A stretch of 64,000 nucleotides of DNA from Oligoflexia bacterium (GTDB taxonomy: Bacteria > Bdellovibrionota > Bdellovibrionia > JABDDW01), in the NCBI GenBank assembly GCA_023250675.1, contig JAHFAE010000004.1, positions 120 through 64,119 on the forward strand, given 5' to 3'. Below, piece by piece: positions 18,958-28,906 of this stretch; the stretch's first letter is position 1, and the number at the start of each line of letters is the position of its first letter. The translations under genes and the position numbers were made by a program. Under the pieces are notes generated by a model that saw nothing but the letters and a program-made list of their open reading frames with translations, did no database searches and was not told the origin of the DNA.

Positions 18958-19209
18958 TCAATTACATCCACAGCCGCCGCCGCCCCCCCCAAAACCACCC
19001 GACGAACCCTCTCGGGCGTTGAACATGTGTTGCTTGCCAATTTCTTCTGTGGGGTAAGACAAAACTTTCATGCTGTGTTTAGCTAAAACTTCTCGCTCAA
19101 ATGGCGCCACATTTTTTTTAAATAGAGAGCACCCTGAAAGGGCAAGAACAAAAAACACCAAAATAGTGCCACTAAACAATTTCAGAAAGTCTAAAATTTT
19201 AGAGTTCAT
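18958..19209 (-). CDS. DUF4266 lipoprotein
   Basis: Likely start ATG 19209; lipobox ALSGC; VAPFEREVLA...HMFNAREGSSGGFGGGGGGCGCN. Confidence 0.85.
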   Translation of the reverse strand: MNSKILDFLKLFSGTILVFFVLALSGCSLFKKNVAPFEREVLAKHSMKVLSYPTEEIGKQHMFNAREGSSGGFGGGGGGCGCN

Positions 19210-19297
19210 TAGAGTTGCCTCTGAATCTTGCCACTCATTGCAGCTTGATATTGTCCAAAAAATACTCAAATTTTATGACTCCCGATCCTATACCCAC

Positions 19298-20518
19298 CTA
19301 AAAATTTCTCAAGATTCCCAATGAAAATACCTGTGCCGTCAAACCATAGAGTTTATCATCGTTTGGATTTGACGGAACACCAATATCGGTAAAATTAGTA
19401 TACTTAAGCATATAGTACTCAACCCTTCCGTAAATCTCCCACCCATAGGATAATTTCAAAACAGGGCGAATGCCGACAAGTCCAGTCCAATACTCTGACA
19501 AAGTTTTATTACCAGTCAAAAAGGGGCTTAAACTCGTTTGATCATACTTATCTTTGTAAAAACTTGACTGAGTTTGGCGGTAATATCGAAAGTCAAGGCT
19601 CATCGAAAAATCTTTACTAAAATCCCGCGTCAATTGGGGTTCTAGCGTAATACTTCGAACGCCCCAATTATCCCAGTATAGCCGAACCGCTGTTGAGGTG
19701 GCCATGGACGAACCCAAAGCATAGTAAATATATTTTAGAGTCACATCTTGTTTTGCCCGCAAATTTGGAACGTTTTCTGAAATGGCAATCACACTCCCAT
19801 CAGTTTGACCTATGCGCGCTGCTCGGTAGGGACTAGCTAAATATCCCGACTGAATCGTATACTCATATAAAATTTGCATCAGACTAATTTTATTTAAAAC
19901 TTGAGTAATTCCCACTGACATAGAACCGGTTTTCATCACTTGATCAAAACCTTTGTCACTGGAGGATTGCACATGGTCGTTCCCCATGGATAAACCCAAA
20001 TCCACCGTCGTGTTCTTATCAAAAAAATCTCGAGAGCCACCAATAGAATAGGTCTGCGAATGGTAGTCGTTTTCGTCACTGACGACAACGCCGACAGTCA
20101 AGGCTCCACCTTCGAGATTAGCCCCAAGGCTTCCGCTCACTTCACGTCTCGTATCTGAAATCTTTCCTTGGCTAGCCCAACTCCTCACGTCAGCAGAACT
20201 GCTTGTCACAATGTCCATGGCATAACCAGCACCGACAGTAACATCGTCATTTAAGATACTCGCCTTGGCATTGACGTGGGGAGAAATTACTTGAGTCTCT
20301 GAGTCATCATAGTATCGCGCAATAAAATCAAAATTGCTTTCTTGAGCTTCACAGATGTTTGAAAATGGTAATTGGACCAAGGTAAGACCAAATAAAAGAC
20401 CTACTACAAATTGCTCCACAAAAGATTTTTTCTGATTTCGAAGAATCTTGATTATCAGAAACAAGGTATCAAAGAAAAATTGGGGGGCTCGACGAAAAAT
20501 CAGCGGGGACAAAATCAT
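19298..20518 (-). CDS. DUF3570 outer-membrane beta-barrel
   Basis: YYDD..TQVISP, DIVTSSS, SDENDYHS, GYLASPYR, ENVPNLR, RLYWDNWGV.S, FRYYRQ motifs; adjacent to DUF4266. Confidence 0.85.
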   Translation of the reverse strand: MILSPLIFRRAPQFFFDTLFLIIKILRNQKKSFVEQFVVGLLFGLTLVQLPFSNICEAQESNFDFIARYYDDSETQVISPHVNAKASILNDDVTVGAGYAMDIVTSSSADVRSWASQGKISDTRREVSGSLGANLEGGALTVGVVVSDENDYHSQTYSIGGSRDFFDKNTTVDLGLSMGNDHVQSSSDKGFDQVMKTGSMSVGITQVLNKISLMQILYEYTIQSGYLASPYRAARIGQTDGSVIAISENVPNLRAKQDVTLKYIYYALGSSMATSTAVRLYWDNWGVRSITLEPQLTRDFSKDFSMSLDFRYYRQTQSSFYKDKYDQTSLSPFLTGNKTLSEYWTGLVGIRPVLKLSYGWEIYGRVEYYMLKYTNFTDIGVPSNPNDDKLYGLTAQVFSLGILRNF

Positions 20519-21366
20519 AACCCCACCTCAAGTGTAATCATCATCCCCGACAACAACACACCAGTGGCCGTATTAAAATAACCCGCCTGCAATAAACCAA
20601 AGCTCAAGGCTGCATGTTCGCCCGCGTTATACCGTAGCCCCGCCCCGCCTTGTATGACTTGGGTAACGGGTTTACTGCCTAAAAAAAGTTGATCGCTCCC
20701 ATTTGAAAAAACCATGCCCGGAGCAAACGAGAGATATGCACTCCACGGGCCACCAATAAAATAATCAACGCCAACTTCAATACCAGCGAGAAAGCTAGCT
20801 CGAGTTAAACTCAAAGCTTGCCCAACAAAGGCTTTCAAATACAAGTTAGGCAAGGGGTAAATCAAATATCCAAGGGCAACCTGATAGTTCTTGTCATTTA
20901 AAACTGCAAAAGCCAACTGCACTGCAGATTTCGCAAGCAAGAAATCTTGATAGCTATCGATGTTTTCATCTTCTGACGTATGTTCAATTCGAACTTGTTC
21001 TGAGGAAGAAATATAACCCAATCGCTTTCGATTGCCGGGTTTAACTTTGACTAAGACTTTATAAAAGTCCCCCACCTCTTTATAGCCAGGGATTTTTTGT
21101 AGAGAGACCGGAAGTTTTTGACCTCTATCAGTAATTCCGATGGCTCGGTATTTAACGCTGGGCCCGGAGTAAACGATAATCCCTTCGCCATCGATGACGA
21201 GCTGGGCGCCGGTACTTGCCATACCGTCACAAAATAAAAGTGTAATGGCCAGAACGGCAAAAACCTTTGTGATTTTTAAAATGAATACTTCATTGGATTT
21301 CTGCTGCAAAGCCCGCTTCATATTTATGGTCGCCCCACTCCAGGTAAATCTGGGAAATTTTTTCAT
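20515..21366 (-). CDS. Exported SH3-like domain + beta-barrel protein
   Basis: VYSGPSVKYRAIG...FYKV....LGYI (bacterial SH3-like) followed by amphipathic strands ending ..LEVGL. Confidence 0.55.
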   Translation of the reverse strand: MKKFPRFTWSGATINMKRALQQKSNEVFILKITKVFAVLAITLLFCDGMASTGAQLVIDGEGIIVYSGPSVKYRAIGITDRGQKLPVSLQKIPGYKEVGDFYKVLVKVKPGNRKRLGYISSSEQVRIEHTSEDENIDSYQDFLLAKSAVQLAFAVLNDKNYQVALGYLIYPLPNLYLKAFVGQALSLTRASFLAGIEVGVDYFIGGPWSAYLSFAPGMVFSNGSDQLFLGSKPVTQVIQGGAGLRYNAGEHAALSFGLLQAGYFNTATGVLLSGMMITLEVGL

Positions 21367-22415
21367 TTACCTTTGCTGTATACACATCCCGTAAATTTCA
21401 GAGGATAAGCCTTAATCATGGCAATCAATTCTTTGTTTAAAAAACTATTTTGATCCACGATCATATTATTAATTTGAACGGTTAAATCGACAAAAGCTCC
21501 ACCCACATCACCTGATAACTCCGAACTTAGATTCAAGACTTTTAGAGGGGTGGGGCATTGGTAGTCCAAACTAGAAAGTCTCAAGGATTTAATTAAAGTG
21601 TTTGCTTTTGTACGAAAGTGAACTTGCCCTTGGGTATTATTATAAACAATATTCCATTGGCTAATACCGCCGTTACGAACGCGAGACAAAATCTCAAATG
21701 AAAAACTGATAGGGTCAATTCCTTGTTCAAAGGTACTTGCCAATGCGGTAGCTCGCACAAAACGAGATAATGAACTAGGATCTTGAGGAATGGGTTTATC
21801 GCCTCCAAATCCTTGATGAAGCTTCAAAAATTCTATGGAGCCAAAGTAACTATTGTTTGCCAAAGTAGGTATTTGCGCTGGTGAAATAACGAGTTTTCCA
21901 CCCAGGTATTCAAATGACCCGCAAACACCTAAAGAATCACAAACAAAGTAATGAACCTTCGCCTGAAAAGGCACAACGCGAATGTCTTGAGCGAAATCCA
22001 CGGCTTCAAGAAAGGTTGCTGCGCTGTCCAAAATATACTGGATCCATTGAAGTTCGTTAATTCCGGGCATTTCTAGCGGTCCTTGGGGGTATTTGGTCTC
22101 GTCTAAATTCAATACTTCAACAGAGAGCCCCCGTTCATTTATGCCCCCATACGGAAATTCTAAACCCACTTGATTAAAGCTAACACTTCCGTATTTTGAA
22201 ACCCAAACGAGAGGCAACGCTTGAGGATCACCAACCAAGGCCTGCTTCTTTTTGAATCGTTTATTGACGACCACCATTCCGTGTCCCAGTGGCCAATCTA
22301 AGCTTTTTGCCATAGTATGGATGGAGCTTCTAGGAAGAGAAAACACCGTACAGCTATTGACAGGAACGTTGTAAATAAAGACAAAAGCAATGGCTAACGA
22401 AATGATCATTTTCAT
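21363..22415 (-). CDS. Exported linear amide C-N hydrolase (choloylglycine hydrolase/penicillin V acylase, Ntn fold)
   Basis: Signal peptide then CT (nucleophile Cys); G.NE.GL, WIQY.LD, HYFVCD, LANN, S.SRFVR, SQW motifs; start ATG 22415. Confidence 0.85.
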   Translation of the reverse strand: MKMIISLAIAFVFIYNVPVNSCTVFSLPRSSIHTMAKSLDWPLGHGMVVVNKRFKKKQALVGDPQALPLVWVSKYGSVSFNQVGLEFPYGGINERGLSVEVLNLDETKYPQGPLEMPGINELQWIQYILDSAATFLEAVDFAQDIRVVPFQAKVHYFVCDSLGVCGSFEYLGGKLVISPAQIPTLANNSYFGSIEFLKLHQGFGGDKPIPQDPSSLSRFVRATALASTFEQGIDPISFSFEILSRVRNGGISQWNIVYNNTQGQVHFRTKANTLIKSLRLSSLDYQCPTPLKVLNLSSELSGDVGGAFVDLTVQINNMIVDQNSFLNKELIAMIKAYPLKFTGCVYSKGK

Positions 22416-22522
22416 GGGTAATCCCCCTTCGCAACGGAAAAACATAGCCTACTTGACCAAGCGTTGCCAAGAAGTTAAATTGAATCAGTTTTTTCATATT
22501 ACATCGTCAGGAGTCATGGATT

Positions 22523-23533
22523 ATGTCACTACGTCCTAAAGTCGGAATTAATGGTTTTGGAAGAATCGGTCGTGTTCTTTTTCGAGCAGGTTTTGATAAA
22601 CTCGAAGTCTTAGCAATCAACGACATGACCGATTGTAAAACTCTAGCCCATCTTCTTGCCTACGACAGTATTCATGGGCGATTTCCCGGTACTGTTGAAG
22701 CAAAAGAAAATGCTCTTGTGGTCAATGGAAAAACAATACCCGTCGTGACTACAAAAGATCCCGGAGGAATTCCCTGGAAATCCTATGGTGTTGATCTGGT
22801 TTTAGAATGCACAGGGGCACTCAAGAAAAAAGATGATGCCCTCTTGCATATCAATAAAGGTGGGGCGAAACGGGTTATGATTTCTGCTCCCGCTGACGAT
22901 TCAGATTTCACCGTAGTTTACGGTGTGAATCACACCGAATATTCTCCTGCCAAACACCTTGTTGTGAGTAACGCTAGCTGCACCACAAATTGTCTTGCCC
23001 CCATTGTAAAAATACTTCATAGCACTTTTGGAATTGAAAGTGGATTTATGACGACGGTTCATTCTTACACCAACGACCAAAGGTTGATGGATGCAGGTCA
23101 TAAAGACATGAGACGAGCCCGTGCTGCGGCTTTAAGCATGATTCCCACGACAACGGGTGCCGCAAAAACCGTGGGCCGAGTTATTTCAGATCTTAAAGGA
23201 AAAATCGACGGTGTGAGTATTCGAGTTCCAACTCCCAACGTAAGCCTCATTGATTTTGTGGCCGTCGTGAAAAAAGACACGACCGTTGCTCAAGTTAATG
23301 AAGTTCTCACCAAAGCCGCTACGGGTGATTACAAAGAAATTATGGTGGCGGAAAAAAATGAACTGGTAAGTTGTGACTTTAATGGGGCCACTCCTTCTGC
23401 GACAATTGATTTGCCAAGCACCCAGATGATTGGGACAAGAATGGTCAAAGTTTTAGCTTGGTATGATAACGAAACCGGATTTAGCAACCGCATGGTTGAC
23501 CTCGCCCTTTACATGGCCAAACTGGGTCTATGA
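22523..23533 (+). CDS. gap: Type I glyceraldehyde-3-phosphate dehydrogenase
   Basis: GINGFGRIGR, SNASCTTNCLAP, WYDNE. Confidence 0.98.
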   Translation: MSLRPKVGINGFGRIGRVLFRAGFDKLEVLAINDMTDCKTLAHLLAYDSIHGRFPGTVEAKENALVVNGKTIPVVTTKDPGGIPWKSYGVDLVLECTGALKKKDDALLHINKGGAKRVMISAPADDSDFTVVYGVNHTEYSPAKHLVVSNASCTTNCLAPIVKILHSTFGIESGFMTTVHSYTNDQRLMDAGHKDMRRARAAALSMIPTTTGAAKTVGRVISDLKGKIDGVSIRVPTPNVSLIDFVAVVKKDTTVAQVNEVLTKAATGDYKEIMVAEKNELVSCDFNGATPSATIDLPSTQMIGTRMVKVLAWYDNETGFSNRMVDLALYMAKLGL

Positions 23534-24735
23534 AATCAGGCCTCACAAGAATAAAATCAATAGAAGATCTCGATATTAGTGGGAAGCGAGTTTTCATTCG
23601 ATTAGATTTAAACGTCCCCATAAAAAATCAAATAATCACCGATGATACGAGAATTCGCGGGGCACTTCCAACCATACAATATGCGATAAGTAAGAAAGCA
23701 AAAATTGTTTTGGCAAGTCATCTAGGACGACCCCAAAAACCTGAGGATCGTGAAAAGTATTCTCTCACCCCCGTAGGTGATCGTTTAAGTGAACTCCTTA
23801 ACCGAGAAATCGTACTATTTGAAGATCCCAATGGAGAGGGAATAAAAGGAGTATTAGGCGGAATAGCTTCGAATCAAATGTTACTTCTTGAAAATACGCG
23901 CTTTGCGCCGGGAGAAGAAAAAAACTCCATGGACATGGCTGCAAATCTTGCTTCTTTTACAGAAGTTTACGTTAACGACGGTTTTGGAGCTATTCACCGC
24001 GCCCACTGCACCGTGGCGGCTCTTCCAAGTCTCGTTACAAACAAGGGTATTGGCTTTTTAATAAAACGTGAAATCCAAATGCTTGATCAAGTTCTCTACA
24101 ATACTAAACATCCGTTCGTCGCCATTTTGGGTGGGGCAAAAGTAAGTGATAAGATCGACGTCATCGGCAACCTTATGGACCGCGTCGATGTCTTTGTTAT
24201 TGGCGGTGCCATGGCATTTACGTTTTTGGCTGCTCAAGATATTCCTGTTGGAAAATCTTTAGTAGAAAAAGACAAGATTCATACAGCCAAAGAACTTTTA
24301 AGTCGATTTCGTCACAGAAATAAAAAAGTAATTTTACCTGTGGATCATGTGGTGGCAGGCCAACTTAAAGAAGATGTTTCATGCCAAATTACTCCTACGG
24401 CTGCCATTAGTTCAGAGTTTATGGGTCTAGATATCGGCCCCAGAACCATTGACCTTATCGGTACTGAGTTACAAAAAGCCTCTTTGATTTTTTGGAATGG
24501 ACCCATGGGTGCCTTTGAAACAAAACCCTTTCATAAAGGAAGTTTCGCCGTCGCCCAAATGTTGTCTGAAAGTAAAGCCTTTACTATCGTTGGCGGCGGA
24601 GATTCGGTGACGGCGGTTGAACAATCGGGCCTAGCAAGTAAAATGGGACATATTTCAACCGGAGGTGGTGCGAGCCTAGAATATTTAGAAGGCAAAGCGA
24701 TGCCGGGACTTGAAGTCTTAAGAGAAAAATCATGA
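23530..24735 (+). CDS. pgk: Phosphoglycerate kinase
   Basis: RLDLNVP, SHLGRP, LLENTRF, GGAKVSDK, WNGPMG.FE, GGGDS, HISTGGGASLEYLEG. Confidence 0.98.
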   Translation: MKSGLTRIKSIEDLDISGKRVFIRLDLNVPIKNQIITDDTRIRGALPTIQYAISKKAKIVLASHLGRPQKPEDREKYSLTPVGDRLSELLNREIVLFEDPNGEGIKGVLGGIASNQMLLLENTRFAPGEEKNSMDMAANLASFTEVYVNDGFGAIHRAHCTVAALPSLVTNKGIGFLIKREIQMLDQVLYNTKHPFVAILGGAKVSDKIDVIGNLMDRVDVFVIGGAMAFTFLAAQDIPVGKSLVEKDKIHTAKELLSRFRHRNKKVILPVDHVVAGQLKEDVSCQITPTAAISSEFMGLDIGPRTIDLIGTELQKASLIFWNGPMGAFETKPFHKGSFAVAQMLSESKAFTIVGGGDSVTAVEQSGLASKMGHISTGGGASLEYLEGKAMPGLEVLREKS

Positions 24736-25481
24736 GAAAATCGATTTTTGCAGGTAATTGGAAAATGCAAATGGGTCCCCATGAAGCCACGAAATATTTG
24801 AATGAATTTATCCCCCAAATTCATCCTGATAAGTCTCGAGAGTGGATAATTTTTGCGCCGTTTGTAAGCCTTCCTACCCTGCAAAATAATTTAAAAAATA
24901 CTCCCATAAAATGGGGTGGACAAAACTGTCATCACGAACCCAAAGGCGCATTTACCGGCGAAATCAGCGCCCCCATGCTTAAAGAATTAGATTGTCAGTA
25001 TGGCCTGGTAGGTCATTCAGAGCGTAGACAATTCTTTGGTGAGACCGACAAATCCTGTGCTCTAAAGATTAAAGCACTTTTAGAATCAGATATTACCCCT
25101 ATGCTCTGTGTTGGTGAGACGCAAAAAGAGCGAGATGGGGGTATGACACAAGAAATTATTAAAAGTCAGATTGAACAAGGACTAGAATACGGGGACCCTC
25201 TGAGGCCGCTAGTTATTGCCTATGAACCCGTTTGGGCCATCGGTACAGGAAAAGTCGCCACTGCGGGGATGGCCGAAGAAGTCCATGTATTTATTAGAAA
25301 GGTTTTATCTTCGAAATTCGGCCAAGAAAGGGCAGGCCAAATTCAGATTCTCTATGGCGGCAGCGTTAAGCCTGAAAACTGTCGTGAACTTATTGCCCTG
25401 CCTAATATTGACGGATTTCTCATTGGTGGAGCATCTTTAACAGCAAAATCATTTGCCCAAATTGGTCTTATTCCACTATAG
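24732..25481 (+). CDS. tpiA: Triosephosphate isomerase
   Basis: AGNWKM, GAFTGEIS, GHSERR, AYEPVWAIGTG, YGGSVKP, LIGGASL. Confidence 0.98.
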   Translation: MRKSIFAGNWKMQMGPHEATKYLNEFIPQIHPDKSREWIIFAPFVSLPTLQNNLKNTPIKWGGQNCHHEPKGAFTGEISAPMLKELDCQYGLVGHSERRQFFGETDKSCALKIKALLESDITPMLCVGETQKERDGGMTQEIIKSQIEQGLEYGDPLRPLVIAYEPVWAIGTGKVATAGMAEEVHVFIRKVLSSKFGQERAGQIQILYGGSVKPENCRELIALPNIDGFLIGGASLTAKSFAQIGLIPL

Positions 25482-25523
25482 TGGCGCCCGATAACAAAAC
25501 ATTGCCAGTAGGAGTTATTTTAA

Positions 25524-25979
25524 ATGGAACAAGGTACTACGCTCATTGCTATTCTTCATATTTTTGTCGCCGTCCTTTTAATCACCATCGTTTTGTTACA
25601 AGACAGTAAAGGTGGAGGAGCAGGTGGTGCCTTTGGCGGCGGTTCAAGTAACACGATTTTCGGCGCCACAGGTGCTGCGTCGTTTCTGGTTAAAGTAACC
25701 AGAGGATTGGCAGTCACTTTTATGATAACCTGTATCGCCTTAACTTTGATTGCAACTCATAAAAGCAACCGATCGGTTGTAGACAATTTGCCCAGATCTG
25801 TTCCTGCCCTTCCTGGTCAACCTCCTGCGGGCCAAGCCGCTGCAGTAGCCGTTGGTACTTCGCCAGCTCCCGCATCTACAGCCGCAGTGCCAGCTTCGCC
25901 TGCAGTTCCATCTGTTCCTACAGGTCGTGGGGCGCCTGTTCCCGCAGTACTTCCTGTACCTGCAGCAAAATCTAAGTAA
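25524..25979 (+). CDS. secG: Preprotein translocase subunit SecG with Pro/Ala-rich C-terminal tail
   Basis: VLLQDSKGGG..GAFGGG..TIFG..GA..FL.K.T; follows tpiA. Confidence 0.92.
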   Translation: MEQGTTLIAILHIFVAVLLITIVLLQDSKGGGAGGAFGGGSSNTIFGATGAASFLVKVTRGLAVTFMITCIALTLIATHKSNRSVVDNLPRSVPALPGQPPAGQAAAVAVGTSPAPASTAAVPASPAVPSVPTGRGAPVPAVLPVPAAKSK

Positions 25980-25991
25980 GGCCTAAACTTA

Positions 25992-26867
25992 GTGGGCAAC
26001 CGCCAGGTTCAAAACATCATTGCCGCGGCTGTTATTCTCGTTGCCCTTGCAGCACTTTTATTTCAAAATCAGATTTGGAATTGGTGGCAAGAACTCGGCC
26101 TTCTCAACGATAAGAGACCACCTATTGCTGAGATTATTTCTCTCGGGGGAAACGTAAAGTTTCGATTGCCCGAGTCATTGACTTATTACCGAGCACGAAA
26201 ATCTATGTCTTTAAGGGCCAAAGACACAGTCTTGACCGATCAGGATGGTTCGGCTGTCATTTCATTTAAATCAGGACTTAAAGTAGAACTTCAACCAAAC
26301 TCTCTTATTATCGTAGAAGACTACGGAACTGGCCCGGGCTCCATGGAGCTCACATTCTTGCGCGGGGAAGTTCGAATTCTTGACCAGGGCGAAGGCCTAA
26401 AACTTTCGGGGGCCGAACTCAAAAAAGAATTGGCAACCAAACCACAATCTATTGAAGTTGATTTGACCATGTTAGAAAAAGCATCTACTCCTGTCCCCGT
26501 TATTTTGCCTAAAATCAATTTAGAAGAAAAACGAGAGAAACTCAAAAATCAACCCCAAGCTAAAAAGAAAAAAGAAGAAAAAGAGACTCTTCCCGATAGC
26601 TACATCGCAAGTGTAATTCGTAACCAAAAGACGTTTCTAAATCGTTGTTATGCACAGCACTTACGATTAAACCCTGAGGCGCGAGGGAGAATCGACACGT
26701 CTTTGACCATTGAGCCCGATGGTACGATCTCGGCTGCTCGTGTTATTGGTAGCACTATCCCCGACCCGGTTTTACAACAATGTGTGGTATCGACGTTGCA
26801 GCGAGCGCGATTTAAGGCCTTTAATGGCGATCCGATTATGGTCAATTATCCTATTAATTTTGAATAA
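25992..26867 (+). CDS. Membrane-anchored FecR-like domain + AgmX/PglI (TonB-C-like) C-terminal domain
   Basis: GTG start; N-terminal TM; D.V.T...GSA.I.F..G..V.L.PNS.I (FecR-like); FLNRCY...L..NP..RG.I...LTI..DG......V.......CV...L....F. Confidence 0.75.
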   Translation: MGNRQVQNIIAAAVILVALAALLFQNQIWNWWQELGLLNDKRPPIAEIISLGGNVKFRLPESLTYYRARKSMSLRAKDTVLTDQDGSAVISFKSGLKVELQPNSLIIVEDYGTGPGSMELTFLRGEVRILDQGEGLKLSGAELKKELATKPQSIEVDLTMLEKASTPVPVILPKINLEEKREKLKNQPQAKKKKEEKETLPDSYIASVIRNQKTFLNRCYAQHLRLNPEARGRIDTSLTIEPDGTISAARVIGSTIPDPVLQQCVVSTLQRARFKAFNGDPIMVNYPINFE

Positions 26868-26890
26868 ACATCTTTTATTGTGTCATTGAA

Positions 26891-27014
26891 CCTCAAATAG
26901 AAAATATTTTGTTCCCGAAGCCAAGAGGCTTCGGCCCCGGATGGCTCTTGCCGAGCTTGAGCGCATGGATGCGCGACCTCTTGGCGAAGGGGACAAAATA
27001 TTTTTTATTTGAGG
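26891..27014. repeat. 124-bp element with 38-bp terminal inverted repeats (MITE-like)
   Basis: cctcaaatagaaaatattttgttcccgaagccaagagg (26891-26928) versus reverse complement of 26977-27014: 33/38 identical. Confidence 0.7.
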
Positions 27015-27043
27015 CTTGCGAAATTAAATGGTAATTGCCTTTG

Positions 27044-28099
27044 CTATCTAAAATCATGGAGGTAATCAATATGAGTCGGTACCCATGGTTCTTCCAAATC
27101 TAAACCTAAAATTTTCTCACCCAATTTCTGTAAAGTCTGGGAAGGAATAAAACTCGGAGCATAGTGATCGGGTACCATACCCTGTTCTTTTAAAATCGGC
27201 AAAACTTGGTTTTGGGTTGGAGATTTTAGGAAACCCCTTTTATGTAAATCTTCAAAGCTCTTCGCCAATTCTTCAGGGGTGAAACCATAATTTTTAAGCA
27301 GGTCCTGAGCCACAGTGAGAAGAGAAGTTTGGTCTATACGGTTGTCTTGAAATAAATCCAAAGCCGCCTGAAACGTCGTAAATGTAGCAAGGACCCGTCT
27401 ACCAAATTTCCCGTAATAGTCAGGATCTGTATCTGCCACCAAATTAATATAAATCTTTTCTACGGGATCCGACTCGGGAATTTCTCGTTGAAGCCTTAAG
27501 ATTTTTTGTCTTTGTTCTGGTTGCACATGAAGAGCTTCAAGAAGAGAAAGTATTTCTCTTACAGATATTCGCCTACAACAGATATCGCTAAACAGGCTGT
27601 AAATAACTGCGTCACTTTCACTGTCGTCACCAAATAAGATCAGGCGGTTTTTTTCTGATAATTGTTTTCTTAATTCTAATAAAGCCTGAACTTTAAAACC
27701 CACATGGTGTTTGAGGCGGCCAAATTTTCTTGGTCTAAAATTCTTAAGGTTGTCTTTAAAGTAAACCCCCCACGGGCTGATCCGATCAATTTGCATTTTT
27801 TGAAAAATCTTAGACGCCATCTGAGGAGGCGATGCAGAAATAAAATAAATAGGTAGGTTTTTAGAGGCGGTTTTAGTTGCCTCCAAGGCACGAATCAGAG
27901 TGGCAGTCCCCGGCACATTTCTCTTTTGAAAAGCCTTTTCAAAGGCCGTACGAAATAACCCTCTTAAGGTTTCAAATTGGGTGTCTAAATAGGTTTTATC
28001 TATATCCCAAACATAGACCAATGCCTCAGGAAAAGGTTTATTGTTCGTACACTCAAAATAAATAACATCGCCGCTCTTTGTCGGCTTAGAAACACCCAT
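27044..28099 (-). CDS. HAD-superfamily phosphatase, App1/DUF2183-like
   Basis: WDIDKT (DxDxT), ISASP, LFGDDSESDA; likely start ATG 28099. Confidence 0.75.
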   Translation of the reverse strand: MGVSKPTKSGDVIYFECTNNKPFPEALVYVWDIDKTYLDTQFETLRGLFRTAFEKAFQKRNVPGTATLIRALEATKTASKNLPIYFISASPPQMASKIFQKMQIDRISPWGVYFKDNLKNFRPRKFGRLKHHVGFKVQALLELRKQLSEKNRLILFGDDSESDAVIYSLFSDICCRRISVREILSLLEALHVQPEQRQKILRLQREIPESDPVEKIYINLVADTDPDYYGKFGRRVLATFTTFQAALDLFQDNRIDQTSLLTVAQDLLKNYGFTPEELAKSFEDLHKRGFLKSPTQNQVLPILKEQGMVPDHYAPSFIPSQTLQKLGEKILGLDLEEPWVPTHIDYLHDFR

Positions 28100-28168
28100 C
28101 AATTTCCATCGTATTAGACCCCTCTCTAGTTGCCAAGATTTACATGGCATGCTACGAACTAAAGCTAT

Positions 28169-28906
28169 ATGGAGTTTAAGATCCTTAACTCATCAGAACT
28201 GCAGTGGGAATTAAATTTTCACCCCACCGAACCATGGCCCGAGATTATTCCTGTAATAGCTTGTAAATGGGAGAATGGATTTAAAGTCATCGCAGGTTTT
28301 GACCGGATGGGTCAAAATCACTTGCCCACAATCATTTTGGCTCGCGGCCCCTGGATAACCTTTAATCGGTATTGGCAAGAAATACCCTTAAGGCCTATCG
28401 AGCGAATTCGCTTTGAAAATAAAGTTGGGATCGATATTAAAGGTCAACATATTTTGGCCTGGCCATTGGAGTTTCAGATTTACCTGGACGGACGCCAAAT
28501 ACCCCTCAAAAATCTGCACCCTTTGGAGTATTTGCAACCTTGGATGGGCGAACTGGTCCCCGTATTTTTAACTTCCTCTTTTACAGCTTCTGAGGTCAGA
28601 GAAATTATAGAACTTCTTTGTGATCTTAAGCTCACGGGCTTCACGTGGGAACAAGTTTATGTAAAAGAAAACTGGCTTGGTCATTTGAAACGAATTCGAT
28701 TTCCCAAAACCTATCAGGCCGATTTGACAAGAGAAGAAAAGGTTCAAGAAATTCCCTGGCCCCGGGGCATCAGAGCAAAATGGGAACGACAAGGCGATAC
28801 GGCGGGCATTTCAATTCAGACTAAAGTGACGACCCCTCTAGAATGGGATCGCCTCCGCGATGTGATATCCCGATTAGAAATCAAAAGGGATTTGTGGGAT
28901 CTTTAG
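28169..28906 (+). CDS. Hypothetical protein with possible degenerate ParB/Srx-like N-terminus, coupled to the SPL gene
   Basis: IIPVIAC...FKVIAGFDR resembles the ParB 'Y.li.G.RR' motif; overlaps the downstream start. Confidence 0.4.
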   Translation: MEFKILNSSELQWELNFHPTEPWPEIIPVIACKWENGFKVIAGFDRMGQNHLPTIILARGPWITFNRYWQEIPLRPIERIRFENKVGIDIKGQHILAWPLEFQIYLDGRQIPLKNLHPLEYLQPWMGELVPVFLTSSFTASEVREIIELLCDLKLTGFTWEQVYVKENWLGHLKRIRFPKTYQADLTREEKVQEIPWPRGIRAKWERQGDTAGISIQTKVTTPLEWDRLRDVISRLEIKRDLWDL

